Below, piece after piece: positions 25,698 to 37,955 of a DNA stretch of 64,000 nt. Origin of the DNA: Malacoraja senta (Eukaryota). The position numbers and the translations under genes were made by a program. Within the stretch, counting starts at the first letter, position 1. Each line of letters starts with the position of its first letter. The notes beneath the pieces are model-generated. The model had not been told where the DNA came from. It ran no database searches and saw nothing but the letters and a program-made list of their open reading frames with translations. Where the stretch lies: the NCBI GenBank assembly GCA_038087875.1, contig CM075989.1, positions 18,478,001-18,542,000 of the forward strand, written 5' to 3'.

Positions 25698-26409
25698 TAA
25701 GACCATAAGTCATTGGAGTAGAATTAGGTCATTCAACGCATCGAGTCTACTCAGCCATTCAATCACGGCTGAACTATTTTCCCCTCTCGACTCCATTCTC
25801 TGTCTTCCTCCCCGTAACCTTTGACACCTTTACTAATCAAGAAGCTATAAGTCTCTGTTTTAAAAATACCCAATGTTTTGGCTTCCACAGCCGTCTGCGG
25901 CAATGAATTCCAGAGGTAATTCCAGAGGAACAAGGTAGGGAAATTGGACTCGCTTACATGGGCCGGCATGGACGAGTTGGGCCGAAGGGCCTGTGCCTGT
26001 GCGCGATGACTCTGCGACTCTAAAGTAACGACTTTACTTAGGATTATTCCTTAATATTCAAAGCTATTAAATAGGATTTAAATTTAAATAGGATTGCACC
26101 ATAAAATGTTACATATTGGTTACTCACAATGCTATTTTTGCAACTGACATTAGCCTTCTTAATGCTGTTTAAATTACTAATGCACATTTACCTAGAATTG
26201 GCTGGGTAACAAATCAAAGTTTGATTCATCACGGACCATCTGAAGCCCTTCCAGAGAACCTGGATCAGAATGCAAGTGCTCAAAACATGAAGTTAATCTT
26301 TGCCTTCCACTATGTTGAAGCCAATCTGTCAATACATTGGGAGAAAACGAACAAATAAGGCCCAAAACTGGCTGGGAAATGCCAACAGTTCCTGGCAGAA
26401 TTATTTTCC

Positions 26410-27030
26410 ATTATATGAGTGTAGAAGCTGGGAGGCCATGTTGCAGTTGTATAAGATGTTGGTGAGACCACATTTAGAATAGTGTGTTCTGTTCTGGGCA
26501 TCATGTTATAGGAAAGATGTTGTCAAGCTGGAAAGGGTACAGGGAAGACTTACGCAGATGTTGCCAGGACTAGAGGGTCTGAGCTACAGGGAGAGGTCGA
26601 GTCTGGAACTCTATTCCTTGGAGCGCAAGGACTCGATTCCTTGGAGCGCTGGAGGATGAGGGGTGATCTTATGGAGGTGTATAAAATCACGAGAGGAATA
26701 GATCGGGTAGATGCACAGAGTCTCTTGCCCAGAGTAGGTGAATCGAGGACCAGAGGACATAGGTTTAAGGTGAAGCGGGAAAGATTTATTAGGAATCTGA
26801 GGAGTAACTTTTTCACACACAAGGTGGTGGGTGCATGGAACAAGCTGCAGAGGAGGTAGTTGAGGGTGGGCCTATCCCAACATTTAAGAAACAGTTAGAC
26901 AAGTACGTGGACAGGATAGGTTTGGAGGGATATGGACCAAACGCGTGCAGGTGGGAATAGTGTAGTTGGGCATGTTGGCCGATATGGGCAAGTTGGGGCA
27001 AAGGGACTGTTTCCACTCTATGGCTCTATG
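26410..27030 (+). mobile_element. CR1 LINE 3' fragment (HE1-tail-type subfamily)
   Basis: MLQLYKMLVRPHLE; RMRGDLMEVYKITRGIDRVD..FFTHKVVGAWNKL; 3' end similar to the HE1 tail. Confidence 0.9.
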
Positions 27031-27139
27031 ACAGTAATACACAAACTTGGTGGTCCTCCACCCATCCAAAGGGTGGTTCTGCCAATGGTGTACGCAATTA
27101 CCCCAGGAATCAGCAATGAGCTATGCAGCAATTTCTGAC

Positions 27140-27990
27140 TTATTATAATAATAATAATAATAATAATTCATTTTATTTACTGGCGCCTTTCTAAAACCCA
27201 AGGACACCTTACAAGGCATAGAATCACAAAAATACAAAACACATAATCGGAATAAATTAAATATAAAAACACCACAATACACAAATCAAGGACAGAATTC
27301 AATTACAAAAGCACAAAAAGAAAATAAGAAACACAATTTGAGGAGAGAGCAGCGGCAGCCAAACCGTGCCAGCGTCCACTCTCCCCTCCGACCGCCATCT
27401 TGCACACAGACTAACAGGCACAGCACACAGAAATCATCCCCCCACAATGACCACCACTGTGGGGGAAGGCACAATGTCCAGTCCCCAACCCCAGTTCTCC
27501 CCAGAGTCAGGCCCATCGAGGCCGCCACAGTTGCCTCTATGGAGGCCCGATGTTCCTGGCCGTCGGGAGAGTCCTCGCAGCGGCTGGAACAGCCGGTTTC
27601 CCGGCGGAGTCGATGGCACCTGAAGCCGACAGGGCCGCGCCGATTTGGAGCCACGAGGCTCCCGATGTTGGAGTCGGCGCCGCCGCCCGCGGCTGGTCGC
27701 TCCGCAGACCCGCAGTCCCGCAGCCCGGAGGTGTTGATGTCGGCGGTCATCGCATACCGGAGCTCCAGCGCGTCGATCCAGCGCGGCGACCCAGGCAAGG
27801 CATCGCCCGCTCCACGATAGCGCTCCAGCGCCATGCCGCCACCGAAGCTGAAGGTGCTGGGCGGTCCCCGTCAGGAAAACGGCGCTCCAGGTCCGCTGGT
27901 GGGCCATGAGGACGGGTCGACGAGGCAGCCTGGAGCAAAAGCTGCCTCACCGACCAGGTAGGGACCCAGTAATAGTTTCCCCCTTACCCC
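27140..27990 (-). mobile_element. GC-rich ~850-bp non-autonomous retroposon with L2-type 3' tail
   Basis: Reverse complement ends GTAAGGTGTCCTTGGGTTTTAGAAAGGCGCCAGTAAATAAAATGAATTATTATTATT, the same tail type as the L2 at 37956. Body is CpG-rich with no recognisable ORF. Confidence 0.6.
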
Positions 27991-28095
27991 CCTTGTATTG
28001 TGGTGCCTTCAACGAGAAAATTCAGACAAAGGAATTGGATATTGAGGAAAAGGGTGTGGATTAAATGTAGGGTTATAGAAGGGCAGAACGGTGGC

Positions 28096-28295
28096 NNNNN
28101 NNNNNNNNNNNNNNNNNNNNNNNNNNNNNNNNNNNNNNNNNNNNNNNNNNNNNNNNNNNNNNNNNNNNNNNNNNNNNNNNNNNNNNNNNNNNNNNNNNNN
28201 NNNNNNNNNNNNNNNNNNNNNNNNNNNNNNNNNNNNNNNNNNNNNNNNNNNNNNNNNNNNNNNNNNNNNNNNNNNNNNNNNNNNNNNNNNNNNNN
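28096..28295. other. Assembly gap (200 N)
   Basis: Run of exactly 200 N. Confidence 1.
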
Positions 28296-28304
28296 TCTTG
28301 ATGG

Positions 28305-28600
28305 TTTAGCGTAGTTTAGAGATACAGCGGGGAAACTGGCCCTTCGGCCCACTGACTCCGCGATGACCAGCGATCCCCACACACTAACACTATCCTACAC
28401 ACTAGGGACAATTTACAATTTTTTTCGGAGCCAAATAGCCTACAAACCTGTACATCTATGGAGTGTGGGAGGTAACCGAGCACCAGGGAAAACCCACGCG
28501 GTCACAGAAGAAGATACAAACTCCGTACAGACAGCACCGGTAGTCAGGATCGAACCCGCGTCTCTTGCGCTGTTAGGCAGCAACTCCACCCCTGCACCAC
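28305..28600 (-). mobile_element. HE1-type SINE
   Basis: Consensus motifs in reverse. Confidence 0.85.
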
Positions 28601-28704
28601 TGATTGAGAAACAACTAATGGATAGGACACAAAGGTAAGTTCTATTCCGTTTGAATAATGCCATTGTGCATTTTGCATGTACACGAGTCTTGTTCTCAGA
28701 TTAA

Positions 28705-28790
28705 TATTTCACCTAAGAGATGGCACCCGCAACAGTGCAACACTCCTGTAGTACTGCACTGGAGTGGCACGCTGGAATTTTGTGCACAGA
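28705..28790 (-). mobile_element. Possible ancient Deu-domain SINE (AmnSINE1/SacSINE1-like) fragment
   Basis: AGATGGCACCCGCAACAGTGCAACACTCCTGTAGTACTGCACTGG resembles the AmnSINE1/SacSINE1 sequence as I recall it; not verified by search. Confidence 0.45.
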
Positions 28791-29711
28791 TTGGAAAACT
28801 TTCATGAATGGGAAAGGTTGAGAAGGTTAAGGGACCAGATGAGATGAGGTATCCTGGTCAGCATGGATAAGAGCGAGGAAGGCCGTCGGAGAGCCACGTG
28901 TGATGGATAGCCATGTGCAGTTGCAGGCAGTAGATAGAGCTGTTCGGTGAACATTTGTATTTTCAGCGCCAAAACGCGATGACGCTTGTGTATTGCTTAG
29001 GACCATAAGTTCATACGTGATAGGAACAGAATTAGGTCATTCAAACCCATCAAGTCTACTCCCCCATTCAATCATGGCTGATCTATCTCTCCCTATTCTC
29101 CTGCCTTCTCCCCATAACCCCTAACACCTTGTGCCTCCATCTTGATGGGGAGTTGTTTGTGTGATATGTGTTTTGCATCATTAGGTCTGGATCCAACGTT
29201 CAGATCCTGTTCCTTTAATTTTGGTTCCAATCCCCTCGTCCCAATCCACATGAAGAACGAGGCATCGTCTCATCTGTCAAAATCTTTTCATATCACAAGG
29301 ACTGATGCAGCCCTCGTTCTCCTAAGCTGGAGGGAATGCTAATCAAGATGCCCGTCTCAGAATGAATAAGCTCAGCAGGTAAGCTGCAGCCCCTCCTGCT
29401 GTAGTTAATTCACGTTAGTTCTGAAGCCTCGTGGGTTTGGATGGTACAGTGTCATGTCAAGGAGTGACGTTACATCAAGGAACAAGAGAGGCATTGTGCA
29501 TTAATTTATTGGATACAAGAAATATTTAATAGAAATAATTCATGTTGAATAAAACATTGATCGAGTTCAGTTTGATTTTTTGCCTGGACAAGAAGATTCA
29601 AATCTGAAGTGAAATATTTTTTTGGAAAAGTTATCATGAAAAGTTTTGTTCATTGACTTGACAGAAGACAGGTGTTTTTTGGTGAGGATACGGTGGTGTA
29701 TCAGCAACTCC

Positions 29712-30135
29712 TACAGCTTGGAAACAAGCCCTTCAGCCCAACTTGCTCCATCCATACTAGTCCCACCTGCCCGCATTTGGCCCTAAGCACTCCAAACCTT
29801 TCCTATCCATGTACCTGTCCAAATGTATTTTAAATGTTATAGTACCTGACTCAACTACCCCCTCTGGCAGTTCATTCCATATACCCACCTCCCTGTGTGT
29901 GAAAGAAGTTGCCCCTCAGGTTCCTGTTAAATATTTCTCCTCTCACCTTAAACCAATGTTCTCTGGTTCCTGATTCCCCAACTCTAGGTAAAAGGCTCAT
30001 GCGTCTACCCTGTCTATTCCCCTCATGATCTTATACACCTCTATACGATCCTCCAAGGAATATTGTCCTAGCCTACTCAGGCCCTCAAGTCCTGGCAACA
30101 TCTTTGTGAATCTTCTCTGCACTATTTCAAGCTTA
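29712..30135 (-). mobile_element. CR1 LINE 3' fragment
   Basis: Reverse complement of the same 3' region as 26550-27030. Confidence 0.85.
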
Positions 30136-30339
30136 ACATCTTTGATAAAGCTCCTTTAGTTTTGTTTAGTTCAGAGATACAGCACGGAATCAGGCCCTTC
30201 GGCCCAGCGAGTCCACAACGACCATCAACCCCCGTACATTAACACTGTCCTACACACACCAGGGACCATTTATATTTACACCAAGCCAATTAACCTACAA
30301 ACCTGTACGCCATTGGAGTGTGGGAGGAAACTGAAGATC

Positions 30340-30640
30340 ATAAGATCATGTGATAGGAGTAGAATTAGGCCATTTGGCCCATCAAGTCTATTCCCCCATT
30401 AAATCATGGCTGATCTATCTCTCTCTCCTAACCCCATTCTCCTGCCTTCTCCCCATAACCTCTGACACCCGTACTAATCAAGGATCTATCCGTCTCTGCC
30501 TTAAAAATATCCATTGCCTTCTGTGGCAATGAATTCCAGAGATTCACCACCCTCTGACTAAAGAAATTCATCCTCATCTCCTTCCTAAAGGAACGTCCTT
30601 TAAATTCTAAGGCTGTGCCCTCTGGTCCTAGACTCTCCTC
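30340..30640 (-). mobile_element. CR1 LINE 3' UTR fragment (CATAAG-tail subfamily)
   Basis: GTAGAATTAGGCCATT..CATGGCTGATCTATCTC..; copies also at 25700, 29005, 33025, 49530 and 58560. Confidence 0.8.
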
Positions 30641-32672
30641 TCCTGGACTCTAGGTGAGATCTTCTGCATGATTTAGCTGGGTTTGCATTTCACTGTGCTC
30701 AGGTACAAGTGACAATAAAGTATCATTGAATGATTGCATCATTGAGTTGGGCCGAAGGGCCTGTTTCCGTGCTGTATGACTCCATGCCTCTATGAGTTCC
30801 GGAAGGGAACGTGAATTTTTTTTCTGACTCAGAAACAGAATTGCTATCATTACGCCATGGCTGATGTAAGACACATTAAAGCAGTTTAATACCTACTTAG
30901 ATTAAGCGGTTCACAGCCCGCTGAAGCTTCACCTCCATAAATAATGTGTGAAAAAAAATATTCGTCAAGCGTTGAAACACTGAAAATATATCATCGCTTC
31001 TCCAGTATGTAATCAGGAGAGGTCTTTATACCTTTATTTATAAAAACTAGGATGCCATACACTATCCTTAAAAGAAAGCATTATCTTGTTTCATTACATT
31101 TACTCGTTCCTGCATCGAGATAAGTTAATAGACAGGCCACTATTTCTTTTTAAACGCATGTCTGACCTCTGAATCCCAGATTAAATGTGAATAAAGTGAG
31201 TGCAGATGAATCCTGCTTCTAATATACTCAGAAATTCTAATTCAGTGAAGCATATAATTGCAAAGACACACTTAAAGAACATCAGACTTCTGTGGTATCT
31301 TTCAGTAAATTCTAATCTTTTAAATTTCCAGGTATTTTTCGCAGCCATTCATTTGCATTTTCTTCTCCACTGACTGGCGATAAGAGGAGGAACATACAAA
31401 CTTTAACTGAAATGGTTCCTTCACACCCACTCTGCAGAGCTGTATTAGAATGCATTGAAAATAAATGAGTTCTCCTGAGGATATTAGAGATGGAATTATC
31501 ATTTAGGAAGGTTAATGACTGTTTTGTGACATGAGGCTGGTGTATGTTAAATAGTTTGCAAAAAACATATCGCTGACAAGGCATGGGTTTGTCCTATGAC
31601 CCCCGTGACCCTTGGGGAGAAGAGGGGATGCTGCCCTGATGTGTATTTCTCCACTGAACCAGGTCATGTTTACTTCACTCAGTGTTATTTACAGTATATG
31701 AGCTACGCTGGCCCAGCAATACAGGACATTCCCTTACGCAGACAAGCTCACTTAATGAGGTCAATATCCACAATTCATGTTGTAATCAGTATCGACAGCC
31801 TCACTTAAAAGCCTCCAGTTTTCCACTGGCAGCTGAGTTGCAAATGGAAAAATAAGTTAATCACATTAGCGCCTAAATAAATGACCATACATTTTGGGAT
31901 CTGAATGTTATATTTAACTCTCTCCTTCCACGCTGTCAGTATTGGTATTGGTTCGTTATTGTGACATGTACCCAGATACAGTGAAGACTGTTTAGTTTAG
32001 TTTAGAGATAGAGCGTGGAAACAGGCCCTTCAGCCCACCGTGTCCGCGACGACCACTAACACTATCCCGCACACTAGGGACAATTATACAATTTTTACCG
32101 AAGTCAATTAATTAATCTATAAATTTCGTTCAAGCTAGGTTTGAATGACAATAAATAGCATTCTAAACCCGTACGTCTTGGGAGTGTGGGAGGAAACTGG
32201 AGCTCCCGGAGAAAACCCACACGGTCACGGGGAACGTGCAAACTCCGTACAGACAGGATCAAACTCGGGTCTCTGGCACTGTAAGGCAGCAACTCTACAG
32301 CTGTGCCATCGTGCCGTCCCATTTGTTCGTGTGTTTGCCAAGACAGATCCTTTAGCTCTAAGGGCTAAATATAACCTCTCTTGAATTGGTGACGTTTTGG
32401 GTCGAGACCCTTCCTCAGAGTTTGGGTTAAAATGTGGTTGTAGAGTCGAGGAGCAGGCGGAATCACAGAGGGGGAGCAGCGAGCGAGGGTGCTGCAGAAC
32501 TCTTGTCGGAGAGAGGACTTCTTCGAAGTTGGCATACCTTGAGGAGATTTTGCAGTGGAGCAGACGAAATGTGTGGGAAGGAATTGCAGATGCTGGTTTG
32601 CACCAAAGATAGACTCAAAAAGCTGGAGTAACTCAACGGGTCAGGCACCATCTCTGGAGAAACAGAATAGGT

Positions 32673-32700
32673 GACGTTTCGGGTCGAGACCCTTCGTCAG
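32673..32700 (-). ncRNA. Minimal hammerhead core, CUGACGA variant
   Basis: Reverse complement CTGACGAAGGGTCTCGACCCGAAACGTC, within a pLTR at 32570-32705. Confidence 0.78.
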
Positions 32701-34012
32701 ACCAGTTTAGTTTAGTTGGAGGGATATGGACCAAACACAGGCAAATGGGACTAGTGTAGCTGGGACATTGTTGGCCGATGTGGGCGAGTTGGGCCGAAGG
32801 GCCTGTTTCCACACTGTATCACTCTATGACTCTATGTCTCTCACACCCTGAGCAACCTGTGACTTCTCTGGCCAGAGATCCTCCTTTCAACCACATCCTG
32901 CTTCCACTGTGATGCAGTGGCCCATCTCCAAGAATTCAGGTTGTTGAATCCATTCTTGGATTCCTCTGTGGGTGACCTCCTTCATGAAAGGCTAAGTGCC
33001 GAGTAAAACAATGAGGAAAGGTCACATAATCATAAGGAATAGGAGTAGAATTAGGCCATTCGGCCCCTCAAGTCTACTCTGCCATTCAATCATGGCTGGT
33101 CTATCTCTCCCTCCTAACCCCGTTCTCCTGCCTTGTCCCGATAACCCCTGACACCCGTACTAATCAAGAATCTGTCTATCTCTGCCTTAAAAATATCCAC
33201 TGATTTGGACTCCACGGCCTTCTGTGGTAACGAATTCCACAGATTCACCACCCTCTGACTAAAGAAATTTCTCCTCATCTCCTTCCTAAAAGAACGTCCT
33301 TTAATTCTGAACGTGCGCTGAAAGGCACGATTGTTTGTTGTACGCTCAGTATTTAGAGAATAAAGAGGGTCCCAGCATGGGGGGGGAGGGGGGGGGGACA
33401 CACCGAGGGAACAAAGAGGGAACACTGGGGCAACATTGAACACTTTGCAACTTTTTGGCGTCCTATACCTAGCGACTCTTTGCATACTCTGTGCGTGACA
33501 TGCAAAACAAAGCATTTCACTTGACATGTCACATGTGACAATAACGTACCTTTCATTTGCTCCCTTCCCTTGAAAAACGGAACAAAACTCCATCAAATTT
33601 CACTGAGTCAACAGAAGCATCGAGACAGATTAAAGGATAATGACGATTAATTATTTCTAATGCATAATAAGCATAGCTAAAGCTTGGCACTTTGTCGAAT
33701 AATTATTGTAAGTATTCGAGCTATGAAGGAAAGTCTATTTTGTAATCAACGTAATCGACAAATGTAAATTAGATATACTTAACAAACTTCATTAATGGGT
33801 CGTCTCATTAAGACGAGCAATTAGATCTTTTTATTACACGCATACCATGCACTTCGGAAGTGAAATGTTCATTTCAGATCGCTGCTAATAGCCAGTGTGT
33901 AACTAACCTCTTATTTGTGCAGTAGATGTTTCCAGAGTGACATTTCATCCTGGCCTTAAATTACTTCATTCAAAACTGCGGAGGAATTGCATCAGAAGTC
34001 CCCACGTTGCCT

Positions 34013-34158
34013 TCTTCTTCTTCTTTCGTGTGGCGTGCACAGCCTAAAGTTGTTGGACAACTTGTTCTATTTGATCTTCCGTTTGTGCACGTCGAGTCGA
34101 TTGCATTAATCGAAACAGGGCGGACCACGTGAAGGTTGCAGTCTTCCACCCCCCCCCC
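34013..34158 (-). mobile_element. HDV-ribozyme-headed short retroposon, copy 1 (catalytic C mutated)
   Basis: 13-bp TSD CCCCACGTTGCCT (34000-34012, 34159-34171); (GAA)n tail; homologous to 44024-44164. Confidence 0.85.
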
Positions 34159-34223
34159 CCCCACGTTGCCTGAGAAAGCAGGACGTGGTTAATGTGGGGA
34201 ACTCAAGCTGAATGGGATCTCTA

Positions 34224-34539
34224 GGGCGGCACGGTGGCGCAGCGGCAGAGTTGTTGCCTTACGTCGCTCCAGAGACCCTGGTTCGATCCTGACTACGGGT
34301 GCTGTCTGTACGGAGTTTGTACGCTCTCCCCGTGACCAGCGAGGGTTATCTCCAGGAGCTCCAGTTTACTCCCACACTCCAAAGACGTACGGTTTTGAAG
34401 GTTAATTGGCTAGGTAACATTGTAAATTGTCCCTAGTGTGTGTGTGGGATAGTGTTGGTGTGCGGGGATCGCTGGTCGGCGCGGACTCGGTGGGCCGAAG
34501 GGCCTGTTTCCGCGCTGCATCTCTCAACTAAACTAAACT
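34224..34539 (+). mobile_element. Full-length HE1-type tRNA SINE
   Basis: GGGCGGCACGGTGGCGCAGCGG A-box region, GGTTCGATCC B-box, central domain, CR1-like tail and (ACTAA)n. Confidence 0.92.
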
Positions 34540-35241
34540 GAAGGTGCTGGAGGAGTTATCTCTGTGCGAGAGGGCAAGAGAGATTGTAAGAGGCCTCCAC
34601 GTATCAAGACTGCGTTCTCACTAACCCTCTCGAGTGGCACCTCGCGACTTCACCTCTCTTTCTCAATGCTCCTCTCATCTCGCTGCGACCATCGGGAAGA
34701 AGGTACAGGAAACTGAAAACTGCCAAAACCAGGTTCAAGAACAGCTTCTTCCCAGCAACCATCATGCTCTTGAACACAGCACAACACTGACCTCAGCAAC
34801 GATGATCTTCTCTGGACTGTGTCTTTGGTTGCACCACTGGTTTTGCAACGTTATGGCGACCTAGTTTGACTTACATTTGAGTTTGAGTTTTATAATACTT
34901 ATGTACTATGCAGGTCCACCTCCGGTTTACCGGCAACTGGTAGCCCGGCACCTCCATTAACCAAAAATGCTTTTCACTGTATCTCGGTACACGTGACAAT
35001 GAAAATCCTCAGCCTAAATGTATTAAGGTTATTAACTTCTCAACACAAGGAACTACAGGTGCTGGTTAACGATAAAAGACACAAAGTACCAGAGCAACCC
35101 AGTGGGTCAAGCAGCATCTCTGGAGAACATGGATGCAATCAGATTATTGATGATTATTCAGGCTGGTTATTAGTTTATTGTATTATTGATTATAGTATAT
35201 TTATCTCTGTGTTTATGGCTCTGTTAAGCTGAAGCAAGTAA

Positions 35242-35567
35242 AGGGCCTGTCCCACGAGCGCCACCAAACCGGAAGCGGGGGCCGTGCGGAGGTCGAGTGA
35301 CGTCAAGACGGTGCGTACGGCGTCAATGCGGCGCGCACGGCCGTCGATGCGGCTGCAGGGCGGCAGGCCGTTGCCGCGCGGAATTTTTGAACCGTGTCAG
35401 TTTTTCGGAGCCCCGCGCGATGTCGGGACCAGCTCGGTACAACTCCAAACGGCTCCGGCAATCGAAGTGGGACCGGCCGCGCGACCTCCGCGCGGCCCCC
35501 GCACGGCCCCCGCTTCCGGTTTGGTCGCGCTTGCCGCATGCAGTCGCATGCTCGTGGGACAGGCCCT
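35242..35567. mobile_element. PIF/Harbinger-type MITE, TAA TSD
   Basis: TAA|AGGGCCTGTCCCACGAG...CTCGTGGGACAGGCCCT|TAA. Removing it restores the host repeat GCAAGTAAGAATTTCATTGTTCTA. Confidence 0.92.
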
Positions 35568-35779
35568 TAAGAATTTCATTGTTCTATTGCCTGTACTATA
35601 TGACAATTAAACACACTTGACTTGAAATAATGATCAGAAAGTTTCTGAACTGTAGATCAAGCTGTTGTAATGTCAGACTTTCTGACTCAAGTAGCCAATT
35701 ATAGAGCCCACAACAACTCTTCAGTCTTCGTAGTTCTGGAACTTTCTCATCTCTCCACCCATTTTCTCCTCTCTTTACT

Positions 35780-36070
35780 TTGCAGATACAGCATGGAAAT
35801 AAGCCTTTCGGCCCTCCGCGTCTTCGCCGACCAGCGATTGTCCAGCACTAGCCTACACACTAGGGACAACTTACAATTTTACAGAACCAATTAACCTACA
35901 AACCTGGACGTCTTTGGAGTGTGGGAAGAAACCGGAGCAACTGGAGAAAAGCCACGCAGGCACAGGGAGAACGTGCAAACTCCGTACAGTCAGCACGTGT
36001 AGTCAAGGATGAACCCGGGTCTCTGGGATTATAAAGCAGCAACTCTACCCCCTGCGCCACCACGCCACCT
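35780..36070 (-). mobile_element. HE1-type SINE
   Basis: Consensus motifs in reverse. Confidence 0.8.
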
Positions 36071-36761
36071 GCGTCTTTCCTCTTCTCTTCTCTACTCTTC
36101 TATGAATCCCTGACATCTATGCCTTGGACACTCGATTCACACACTTTAAAGAAAGACACCTTTGAAGTCCCATCCCGAAAAATCACCTATCCATGTTCTC
36201 CACAGATGCTGCCTGACCCGCTGAGTTACTCCAGCACTTTATGTCTTTTTATTATAAAGCTGCATCTGCAGTTCCTTGTTTCTCCAAGGAGCTTTTGTTC
36301 TTATTTTGACCATGTAGATGCAACCAGCTTCGCCAGTGCAGGATGTTCTTAAACCAGAGGAAAGTGTGGCGTACGGTTTGTGGAATGTCTTTGTGGTATA
36401 ATGAGTCCATAATGGTCAGGAAATTGCCTGGTACCTTCAAGCTACGAATGACGCAAGCATTGCACCAACAGAGAAATACTCAATGATTTGCAATTGACTA
36501 AAGTTCATTTACCTGCAGCATATTATTGGATTTACAGAGCACCAGGCAACCGATGATGTCATTATTGATCAACACTGACACAAATGCATTCCCAGTAGAA
36601 TATCCAGAGATAGTTTCTACAATAAGGTGTCTGGACTCCTTCTGAACTAACGTACTTTAGTGAAGCTAAATTTAGTGAGCTGCTGCCTAGTAACTCCCTG
36701 AGACACCCTCAACTGTGCTGTTTCCAGGAGATAGACACAAAATGCTGGAGTAACTCAACGG

Positions 36762-37390
36762 TAAAAGGATTTCAGTATAGGAGTAAAGAGGTTCTTCTGC
36801 AGTTGTATCGGGCTCTGGTGAGACCACATCTGGAGTATTGTGTACAGTTTTGGTCCCCTAATTTGAGGAAGGACATCCTTGTGATTGAGGCAGTGCAGCG
36901 TAGGTTCACGAGATTGATCCCTGAGATGGCGGGACTGTCATATGAGGAAAGATTGAAAAGACTAGGCTTGTATTCACTGGAGTTTAGAAGGATAAGGGGG
37001 GATCTTATAGAAACATATAAAATTATAAAAGGACTGGACAAGCTAGATGCAGGAACAATGTTCCCAATGTTGGGCGAGTCCAGAACCAGGGGCCACACAG
37101 TCTTAGAATAAAGGGGAGGCCATTTAAGACTGAGGTGAGAAAAAACGTTTTCACCCAGAGAGTTGTGAATTTGTGGAATTCCCTGTCACAGAGGGCAGTG
37201 GAGGCCAAATCACTGGATGGATTTAAGAGAGAGTTAGATAGAGCTCTAGGGGCTAGTGGAATCAAGGGATATGGGGAGAAGGCAGGCACGGGTTATTGAT
37301 TGGGGACGGTCAGCCATGATCACGATGAATGGCGGTGCTGGCTCGAAGGGCCGAATGGCCTCCTTCTGCACCTATTTTCTATGTTTCTAT
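36762..37390 (+). mobile_element. CR1/HER1 LINE 3' fragment inserted in a palindromic Penelope mini-element (36729-37585)
   Basis: LYRALVRPHLEYCVQFWSPNLRKDI..; tail TTTCTATGTTTCTATG. The pLTR is split at AACTCAACGG / GGAACAGGCA. Confidence 0.93.
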
Positions 37391-37955
37391 GGAACAGGCA
37401 TCATCATCTCTGGTGAGAAGCAATGGGTGACGTTTTGGGTCGAGACCCTTCTTCAAGCCCGACTCGACAGGTCTCGAAACGTCACCCATTTCTTCTCTCC
37501 AGAGATGCCGCCTGTCCCGCTGAGTGACTCCAGCATTTTGTGTCTACCTTTGATTTAAACCAGCATCTGCAGTTCCTTGCTACACTGTTTCCATGAGAGG
37601 TACTTTGTTCAGATGCCACCTTGCTTCACAAGCAGCAGGCAATTTATTGATCCGCACAGGAAACATCTTGTCAAATGTTGACATAGATGCACAGCAGATA
37701 CAACCGTGCTGAGATTTAGAAAGTTATTGAAGGTAGACAAAAATGCTGGAGAAACTGGAGAAAGTTATAAAAACCTCCTGTGGGACAAGCCTTTTGAATT
37801 GAAGTCTACAGAGGGGCAACTCACTTTGGAAGCACTTGATACAAAGCCCTGATCTTAGTGAAATATTTGGAGTATTATGCACAGTTCTGGTTGCCCCATT
37901 ACAGGAAGGATGTGGAGGCTTTGGAAAAGGTGCAGAGGAGGTTTACCAGAATGAT

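Noticed and set aside
27286..27950. Overlapping 120-180 aa ORFs on both strands
   Set aside because: Expected from high GC content; no recognisable domain.
27984..28382. ORFs spanning X runs
   Set aside because: They cross the 200-N gap.
34224..34300. tRNA gene (A/B boxes)
   Set aside because: It is the tRNA-derived head of a SINE, continuing into SINE body and tail; the same applies to the other copies.
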